Assembly: GCA_030141605.1 (NCBI GenBank)
Contig: JAQGDQ010000030.1
Location: forward strand, 293,171-357,170
DNA length: 64,000 nucleotides
Source of the DNA: Tubiluchus corallicola
Lineage: Eukaryota > Animalia > Priapulida
Reading direction: 5' to 3'
Positions 56,042 through 64,000 of this stretch are shown piece after piece. A program made the translations under genes and the position numbers. The notes below the pieces were generated by a model. It was given only the letters and a program-made list of their open reading frames with translations, was not told the origin of the DNA and did no database searches. Every line of letters starts with the position of its first letter. The first letter of the stretch is position 1.

Positions 56042-56195
56042 TCAATATTTTTCGGCTTCCATTACGGAACATAGCTGCGATATTTTTTGATGCAAAAGAA
56101 ATGATTTGCCGCTAATGTGGCGCCGCCTAGCATAGGATGACGTAAAGCCTTTGTGCCTTCCACCTGCTGGCTTTTCAAATGTTCTAGCTTTATGT
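56042..56195 (-). CDS. MTTP: MTTP last coding exon
   Basis: tttcag|(R)HKARTFEKPAGG...ISGKSFLLHQKISQLCSVMEAEKY*. Confidence 0.88.
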
Positions 56196-59100
56196 CTGAA
56201 AATAAAAGAAGCAGCATTTACTTTGCCTCAAAATGGTAATCTACTCAGTACTGAGAATATCCTGGTCTACAGCTCTTTCAGACAGGATGATAACAAGCCA
56301 ATTGTTCAGAACTAAGCAACAAGAGAAGAAATGGTAAAAAATACATACTAAGGTGAGTATAATATTCAACCAATAGAAGATATTTTACTACGAAATTTTT
56401 TTAGCGGTCACAGTCAAATATTATTTAGAAATTCAGCATAATCACATTAGCAAGATCAGCATTAAATCAAGTTGAACCAGAAAAATCTGCATTAGTTGTG
56501 GTGTAGTTCAGCTAGATGAGCAATGATGCAAGAACGCAGATTACCTGCCAGTTTAAAGGTAAAATGAGTTCAATAATATTGTTATTAAAAGCCATTAAAA
56601 GGCAAAATGTACTGCCAGCTATTGCCAACAACAAGAAAACATTAACTCGTGCTCCTTAATGGGATGCAGCGAAAGAGTTATCAAGTTTTTTTCGCCCTTG
56701 ACTGTAAATGTAAACCAATATAACAGAATTTCTTCTTTGGCAAGGACAAATTCTGATTAATGGAACAAATTCAGATTAACAATTTAGTGAAGTTTGTCTT
56801 GTATACAGAATAAATATAAGTTTGCTTGTGTAAATTTTGTTTAATGTTTCAGGTAAAAAACACTCAGACTGTAGAAATCAAAATTTAATGTAATGCCCCA
56901 GATTAGTGAGAATCCAGATAAGCAATACTACAAATAAGATTTATTGGAGTTAATTAATCTAGATTATGTCATCTAATTATTAGTGCTGCAGGCTAAAAAT
57001 CCATGTATGAGCACTATCATCTGTCTTCTGTAAAAATCACAGTCTTTTATTCACAACATACACAAGCACATACCTATAAATAAAGTTTGGCTGAATCATC
57101 TGCATACATATCTTTAATGGTTTTGCTCCAAAATTTACATCAGTGGCAAAGTTAATATCAGCTTCAGTGCTTGCAGAAGCAGACATTCCTATTGATGCAT
57201 CAGGAAACTGCAGCTTAGCTGAGCCAGATATAACCATACCGCCACTGTTAATAAAGTAAATTTAATAAATTAATTTGCTATAAGAGTAAAGTTATGACTA
57301 CACATAAAATGAAAATTTCTGATTACCATTCAATCAAATCTCGTACCTAGGGACACAGATGAAATCTTTGTAAGTTAGATGAACATTGGTCGCATGACAC
57401 TGATATGAGCTAGCCAGCTATGAATTGTGTAAAGTTGACCACAGTTATCTCACTGTTAATTAGTTACTATAATTCACTTTTATTAAAAATGTCAGTTTCT
57501 TGCAAAGCACATTTTTACCTTGAAAAACAATTTTGTCTATAATTTTTATTTTATAATTACACACAAGTTGTCATAATCAATATATCCTTGAAGTAATATT
57601 TTCAAAAACTGTATTCATGTAGTGACAAACTTAGATTCAGACAAACATTCGCAAAAAATATGGGGAAAGCTAGTGCAAAGTTGGGTTTTCTAGCAAAAAT
57701 GCAGAACTTTCATTTATGCGGCAAGACAGTGGTCACAGATATCAATATAGGAACAATGTCTAAATAGAGAAGAAGCAAAACAGAAATTACACTACATATA
57801 TTTACATGTCTTTTACATACCTACACTGTACAAGAGAGTTACTAGTTTGATACCAAAGGCTCACTTGTATGGAACCTTTCAAGTCCACAGAAATAACTCC
57901 CGTAAGTTCTAATTCTGCTACCCAACCAGAACTCAAAGGAAGAAATTCAAAATGATCTTGCAGTAATAGGTTGGCCTAGAAAATGAATTTACTTACATTG
58001 CAATTCATGTGTACCTCTGACATTATGTTGGTAATGTATATATAATACTAAAGGCTATAGAAAGTACAAGGTAGAACAATTGCAAAAAGTGTTGGGAAGT
58101 CCAAGTGAATCTGAGGTGGAAAAAGGACTGCAATGAGAAACTAAGAAGCTGGTTATGATCTAAGCAAAATGTAATGCAAATTCAAGCTGATACAATATAA
58201 TTTAATGTCCATCATTAATGAACAGTCAAAGCAGAGTTTACATGGTAGGATTCTGCTGAGCAGACAGCCATTTCCGATTGTTAACTTCCTGTTGAATGTA
58301 AATAATGGGGATTTCTTAGTCATTTAAGGACGAAATTTACAAGTCCAAAGTTTTTCACACACGTCAACTATAGTGAATTCTCATACTGGTATGCAATTAC
58401 CTCTATTAGTGTTGCTTGAAACCAGTTTTTTGGGAAAATTACTCAGCTAAATGTTCAATGTAAAAATGTAAATCAGGCAAGTACAGAACCGTGTATCGCA
58501 CAAGCTGTTCTCTCTGTGTATTATTCTTTACTTGTCTTACCATAATCAGCAACATCAGTGGCTGTTAAGAGAAATAACACTACGAATTTGATCTTTTTAT
58601 TTAAATAGATTCACAATTCGCTGACTTTTCCACTCTACAAAAAATGTACCATTTTTTTCTCTTCATCTACTCACTCTTTTATCCCTCCGCTTATGTAGCC
58701 CTATATGCAAATTCGTTCACTACAAACTGTGAATAAGTATTTGGTATAGTTAGTCTATTTAGGATAAAAAATTTTAAGTATAAATTTTATTGGCACGTAC
58801 AGTGACAGCACTGGTTGGTTCGCTTCCTTTTCCAGACCAAATAGCTGACATGAGCTGTGCTTTGCCATCGAAAAACACAATGGGACGGAAATCTGTTCCA
58901 AACATTGTCAGCTGCATTCCGGCTGATGCTGTCTCTTCTGCTTCTTCACCTTCTACGGTACCCACTATCGACTCCAATCCTTTTGCAAATATTCCCACCT
59001 GCAAAAGGATGGTGATTGAGCAACAACTAATGCAGCCTCTTTGTGAAGCGAAAAAGTTAACAATTGGTTCGATATTAGAGTTTTTATATTCCGGTAAAAT

Positions 59101-62100
59101 TTGCTCTGAGCATAATTGAAACGAAACCTTGCTTAGAGAAGTATCTAGAGTATGCTTTAAACCTGACAGCTTTCTAATCTTTATAATAGGATAAAATCCT
59201 GAGTTTCTTTTTGTCATGACAGTCAGACTTCGTTATAATGCCCCCCCCCTTATAATACTAACCTCACTTAACGTCCACAGTTTTAGCAAAACAAAATATC
59301 AATATTTCGTAAAGACGTATTAATGCACCTTGTTATAATGCCAAACTCGCTGTAATGCCAACTTTTCTGCAGTCCCAAAGCAGGCGGTACAAAAATGTTT
59401 GAATGTAGTTACTTAGCAGTTATAAAATTAACCGATCTCAAAGAAAAAAGTTAAAAGCTAAAATCACCAACTTTTAGAATTTATGCTATTTTTATGCAAG
59501 AAATGTAGTGGTGTTTTTACGGATTAACAGTAATCATTAACCTACTAATCATTGGATCAGAAATGCTTTTTAAACCAAAATTTTGCACCCTATGTTAGCA
59601 CCCAGCCCTTTTTCATTATTTTCTAGCTATTGCCGTTTTAAATAATCATTGTTTCAAAAAGACAATGTTGCAGCTAATAAAAATTTCTACTTTACTGATG
59701 CAGAAATGTGTAGGAGGTGCCATCTGCATTCATAAAGTCACGGCATTTATTTTCATGTAGCACATTTACAACAATTTTTTTATGTACAACAATAATTTTA
59801 TTTTTACTGTTTGCTTTATTTTTGGAATAGAAAATGCTTCATTGTCACGTCTGTCTGTACATATAACTGTAAATGCATTGTGCGACAGTCAGAAAGCAGG
59901 AAATCTACGATTGTCCCATCTCTGCGAAAGTAAAGAAAAGGATCGATAAAAATGAAAAATAGAGAAAAAAATTAGTGCTTCGGAATGATACAATGAATGA
60001 AGCCCATACATGGAGTGACATAAAAAGACAGAAAGGCTATTATTTGCAAAATAATTTGATGTAATACTAGGCACAAGCATATAAAATTTGAGGTACCCGG
60101 TCTGTTTTGCCACTATTGAGGAGATGGATAATGTTTCCTAGCTTTTAGTATATAAGTGTAGCTTCTGTTTACAGATAACACTTTGTGCCAAGTCACTGCA
60201 CTACATTTGTAGACACTACTACACTTGTGATATAGATTTCTGATTAATTAAACGAGTTTGCAATGCAGAAGTAGAGCATTTTCCAAGATTCATGCTCACC
60301 GTTATTACATTCAATACATCATCGTTTTGAGTCACGCCAACATCCATAGAGCTGGTACGCAATAATCCTGACTTTGTGAAGAGAACATTGATGGTATAAT
60401 CAGCCTGCAAATCATTTGTTTCTGAAAAATCATTAGATAATCTCTGAATGCCCATCAAATAAAAAATTAACCATGCAAAAAACTATTTAGGTATTTTGAC
60501 TAAAAGTCAGTAAATGGTAGACATGCTTATAAAATTTCGAAAATTTAGTATGAAAAGAAACTGCTTCGTAAAAATTATAGCGTATAATAAGAACAGAATG
60601 ATGGATGATGGCTATTGTTGATAAATGGTAACATGTTTAATCGTTAACGTCTTAATGTCAGGTATCCTTTAAACAATGTCGGTAGTATGATAGTGATAAG
60701 GACAAAATAAGTTATTACCAATAGCAGCTGTTCAATGCGCCTGTTGCCAAATTTCAGCAAAACAAAAAGTCATTAAAGTTAATTAAACAATAATAGTCTG
60801 AATAATTTTCCCTTCCACATCACAAAACAAACATTTCCTTGCTTAAACCACATAAAAACAAAAATAATAAAATGCCAGTTTGGTAAAAAAGAAGATTACT
60901 GTTCCTGTTCATAATAGATTTGTGATTTAATTAGAAAAGATGCAACAGGTTTTCTAAGCATCACCTCAAAAGTGGAAAATAATTTACAACTACGTACGGT
61001 ATATCAAAAGTGCAATTAAAACCCGTCAGGCATTCTGGAGATGGCACATTAGTTACCTGCAAGTACGTTCTGGTAGAACGTTGATTTACCATGCCTGGCT
61101 GCCATGTGCCAGTTTCCAGTCTCTCTCATTTTGTACATCTCTTTCAACATGGTTCTATAAAAACAAAATAGATTTTGCTCCAGCAATTTAAATGAAGTGG
61201 GAGATTTTGCTAACTGTTTTTCTAATAATATATCCAAAACGAAGTCAAATTAGCAGAGAATTTAGGACATGAAACGACACCTAAAGTGCAAAAATTGTTG
61301 TCCATTTCGGTAAGGATTTTTGGATTTAGGATGATGAAGAGCACACTGTACAACTAATTGTGCAAAAATGAGGAAGTGTAGGTTCCTTAAACTGAGACAC
61401 AAATTTTTAGACATTGAAGATAAAATTAAAACTTCACAGCTTATTGCATTATAATTATAATATTACTGACTTACCAATTTTCTATCTGTCATTCTATAAT
61501 ACTATAAAAGATTATAAGGCACTATAAAAGCAGCATTACTTGGTTATACAGGCCATGACATTGATGTTAGCACAATAGACCTCTAGTAACATACAGAGTC
61601 AATTTCTTGGTCTACATGGTAGGGTGCTTTGGTGTTCTGGCTAGCATAGCTGCACAGATAACAGAAGGCATGGGTTAGAGTTTCAGCAGAGGTGCAAAAG
61701 TCTTTTAAACTTTCTAATTTAGTATTATTTTCAAGCATTTATAAAATTGGTAATTACCAAATGAGGTGCAAGATCCAGGCCTACAAGTGTAAAAATTTGG
61801 GATCCATTATTATTGGGATCTTTTTTAAATAAATCAAAAAAGAGGCACTACGCACTAATTCAAAAGTGATGTTACCATAAAATAGATATGAGTACAATTC
61901 AAAAAAGCATTAATAACTCATGAGACACAAAATAATTTACCTAACCAAGATACAATTTACTCAGTATGACAAATACCTAATTTCTGTATTCCGTCTGGCC
62001 AAGTCTTTAATTTTTTCGTAGATGTAAGAGGTAACTTCCATGGTACTATAATTTGTAGTTATGAATGTACTGAGCAGCTCTAATGATGGGTCACAGTCAA

Positions 62101-63847
62101 GTAGTATGTCAGCAACAAGTGTACGAATCTTATCATTGTATCCACGATAGAATTGATTATATACGTCCCAACTAACTTTTTTCATCTAAACAAACAATTG
62201 ACGAGCATATAATGGATTATATATGTCCCAGGTAACTTTTTTCATCTAAATACAAAAAAAACTAGAAAATAATAGATGATAATGTGTTTCTAACCACTTT
62301 CTCCATCTAAATAAAAAACAGACGTGTAAATAATGGACCATACATGTCCCAAGTAACTTTCTACATCTAAGTAATAATAAACAAATAGACAAGTAAACAA
62401 TGGACTAAACATGTCCTAAATTAAATCTATGATAAACCAAAGCGACTTGCAACTGGTGGCCATGACTCCAGTGACCAGTGTTCTGATGATAAACCAAAGC
62501 GACAATGACTGGCATCTGCAAGCAACCACATATTTATAGATCATTAAAAAGAAATGTCAGTACATTGAAACAAAAAAATATAATACCTTTATTTAAATCT
62601 CTAGTAAAAGAGCAGGTATATTTGTTCATTCATTTATTTACTGCTCCTTTTCTCCAAAAGAAAAAAGGCAATTTGTTCCTGCGATATTTCTTGTATTACA
62701 TATCTTATTCTTTTTATATAAATTGACGACATTTGCTATATCAATCTTAATAGCCAATTTCATACTGCTGTTATGTAATCATACAACTATGAAATTTTAT
62801 ACAAAAAGCATATAAGGCTCAGTTATCATAGGGTAATTGCTAAAACAGATGTTGGTTTCTATTCATTCAAAAATAGAAACCTTTTCTTTTTCGGATACCT
62901 GGCAACTTGGGGTATCATCACTCACTGAAAATTTACATGTTCTGTTAATCTGCTGCGAGTTACTAGTCGCTTTGGTGTATCATAAGCATAATTTTTGTCA
63001 TCTTAAAGTCAAACTAAGCCCTCACTATAATATAAGCTTTTACAATTTAAAATCCTACGCTCAATACAAATATTTTATCAATTTTATTATGAACTTACTG
63101 TGAAACTTGTTTCTTTTGATTTTTTTTATCACTTCTTTGTTAGCAGTATTAAATTTGAAGAACTGCCATTTTTCGTTGCGCAAGACAAATAACATTGTGA
63201 GTACGTTCATGAAGTCACCAAAGATCGATAAACAAACAGCGGTAACCAAAGACGCTTTCTATACCTCACACGTCATTCTCACTCACTCATGCCAAAGATG
63301 TGAAACATGGCGATTCATATGGCAATGCATGCGTTCGAAATTCCACAGGAAAAGGTAAGTAATTTAATTTATAAGTTTCTTTTGTTTAACAATCACCATG
63401 CACTCTTTGTGTAATCATAGTGATGCAATAAAAAAATTTCAATGTCTTTGGGGTTATACAGGTCTTTAATAAACAAACTGAAGGAAAAGCAATGGATTAC
63501 ACATATGTCCCTCCATCTAAATAAATAAACATACAAATAAATAATGGGTTACATCGGTTCCAGAATAGAAGCTGAACCAACAAGTTTGAAATCAGGATTA
63601 TAAATAACAAAACTGATACCTTATCTGTGCAGATTAAATCACGGTCCAGTTTCTGCAATGCCTTTAGAGATTCCACAACAACCGTATTTGACAAATTTGC
63701 TTCTTTGGTATGCAGTCTTAGAAACAAATTGACATTTTCTGGTAATCCAAAGTTGCGGAAAGCTCGCAAATACATCACTCTACAATCTGTGTCTGCTTCA
63801 CACGATTCAAGGTTTTCCAACAAACTAGTCTTGACTGCAATGTATAC
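56042..63847 (-). CDS. MTTP: Microsomal triglyceride transfer protein large subunit, last eight coding exons (5' part outside the window): 63620-63847, 61977-62185, 61057-61154, 60300-60421, 58801-58998, 57821-57975, 57074-57244, 56042-56195
   Basis: Phases are consistent across all junctions. MYLRAFRNFGLPE, SGLLRTSSMD, AKGLESIV, AGMQLTMFGTDFRPIVFFDG, LLLQDH, VSLWYQTS, ICMQM and LHQKISQLC align in order with the recalled human MTTP C-terminal half. Confidence 0.94.
57074..57244 (-). CDS. MTTP: MTTP exon
   Basis: GGMVISGSAKLQF...STEADINFATDVNFGAKPLKICMQMIQPNFIY|gtatgt; phase 2-2. Confidence 0.92.
57821..57975 (-). CDS. MTTP: MTTP exon
   Basis: ANLLLQDHFEFLPLSSGWVAELELTGVISVDLKGSIQVSLWYQTSNSLVQC|gtatgt; phase 0-2. 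Confidence 0.92.
58801..58998 (-). CDS. MTTP: MTTP exon
   Basis: ttttgcag|VGIFAKGLESIV...RPIVFFDGKAQLMSAIWSGKGSEPTSAVT|gtacgt; phase 0-0. Confidence 0.93.
59220..59405. mobile_element. Small Tc1/mariner-type MITE, decayed
   Basis: CAGTCAGACTTCGTTATAATG at left, internal TTATAATG repeats, degenerate right end GTTTGAATG|TA. Confidence 0.55.
60300..60421 (-). CDS. MTTP: MTTP exon
   Basis: ttttcag|(E)TNDLQADYTINVLFTKSGLLRTSSMDVGVTQNDDVLNVIT|gtgagc; phase 1-0. Confidence 0.92.
61057..61154 (-). CDS. MTTP: MTTP exon
   Basis: ttttatag|TMLKEMYKMRETGNWHMAARHGKSTFYQNVLA|gtaact; phase 2-1. Confidence 0.88.
61623..61692 (+). mobile_element. Degenerate tRNA-like / SINE head
   Basis: TGGTGTTCTGG A box and GGTTAGAGTTT degenerate B box at tRNA spacing; no intact cloverleaf. 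Confidence 0.4.
61977..62185 (-). CDS. MTTP: MTTP exon
   Basis: tttag|MKKVSWDVYNQ...KIRTLVADILLDCDPS...EVTSYIYEKIKDLARRNTEI|gtattt; phase 0-2. Confidence 0.9.
62428..62984. mobile_element. MITE with 20-bp TIRs
   Basis: TATGATAAACCAAAGCGACT (62428-62447) and AGTCGCTTTGGTGTATCATA (62965-62984), 19/20 match; an extra direct copy of the left TIR near 62486. Confidence 0.8.
63620..63847 (-). CDS. MTTP: MTTP exon, alpha-helical domain
   Basis: tttag|VYIAVKTSLLENLESC...MYLRAFRNFGLPE...SLKALQKLDRDLICTDK|gtatca; phase 0-0. Confidence 0.92.
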
Positions 63848-64000
63848 CTAAAGGGATTCAAAACATGTCTTCTGAAGTTTTTTTAATAATTTTGGAAAAA
63901 GAAGGTGCTGAACATGCTGATTTGGAAAACAAAATTATAATTAATGTAAAGTGATTTGGGAGTTGCATGATGAACTGAAACATTACAAGTAAATTTAATT

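Noticed and set aside
56042-56100. Frameshift at the A-run in the last MTTP exon
   Set aside because: Recounting gives six A's and an intact frame HQKISQLCSVMEAEKY*.
58790-59119. Plus-strand 109-aa ORF (also 5481-5684 and 63627-63851)
   Set aside because: Antisense shadows of real minus-strand exons.
62428-62510. TGATGA-containing direct repeat as a box C/D snoRNA
   Set aside because: It is on the strand opposite to the host transcript and is explained by the MITE TIR and its internal duplicate.

Overview
AT-rich eukaryotic genomic DNA with GT-AG introns, from a bilaterian invertebrate (phylum not determinable here). Three spliced genes can be rebuilt with phase-consistent exons. (1) A follistatin-like 4/5 (FSTL4/5) orthologue lies on the minus strand: signal peptide at 36913, then Kazal, EF-hand, two Ig domains and the start of the C-terminal beta-propeller, running off the left edge, with two early introns of about 15 kb and 12.5 kb. 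(2) ZCCHC24 lies on the plus strand (42286-47858), divergent from FSTL4/5, with an apparently ~6 kb 3' UTR. (3) The last eight coding exons of microsomal triglyceride transfer protein (MTTP) lie on the minus strand, convergent with ZCCHC24. The rest is introns and intergenic DNA holding two decayed LINEs, several hAT, Tc1/pogo, EnSpm-like and foldback MITEs, SINE remnants, a 42-bp minisatellite and long microsatellites. Most listed ORFs are spurious. The best leads all concern splicing: two pairs of complementary microsatellites bracketing FSTL4/5 coding exon 2 with a same-phase alternative exon downstream, a recursive-splice-like AG|GT site, and a tandem array of duplicated splice acceptors in an MTTP intron. 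No prokaryote-type novel system is supported. Homology calls rest on recalled human sequences, not on a database search.
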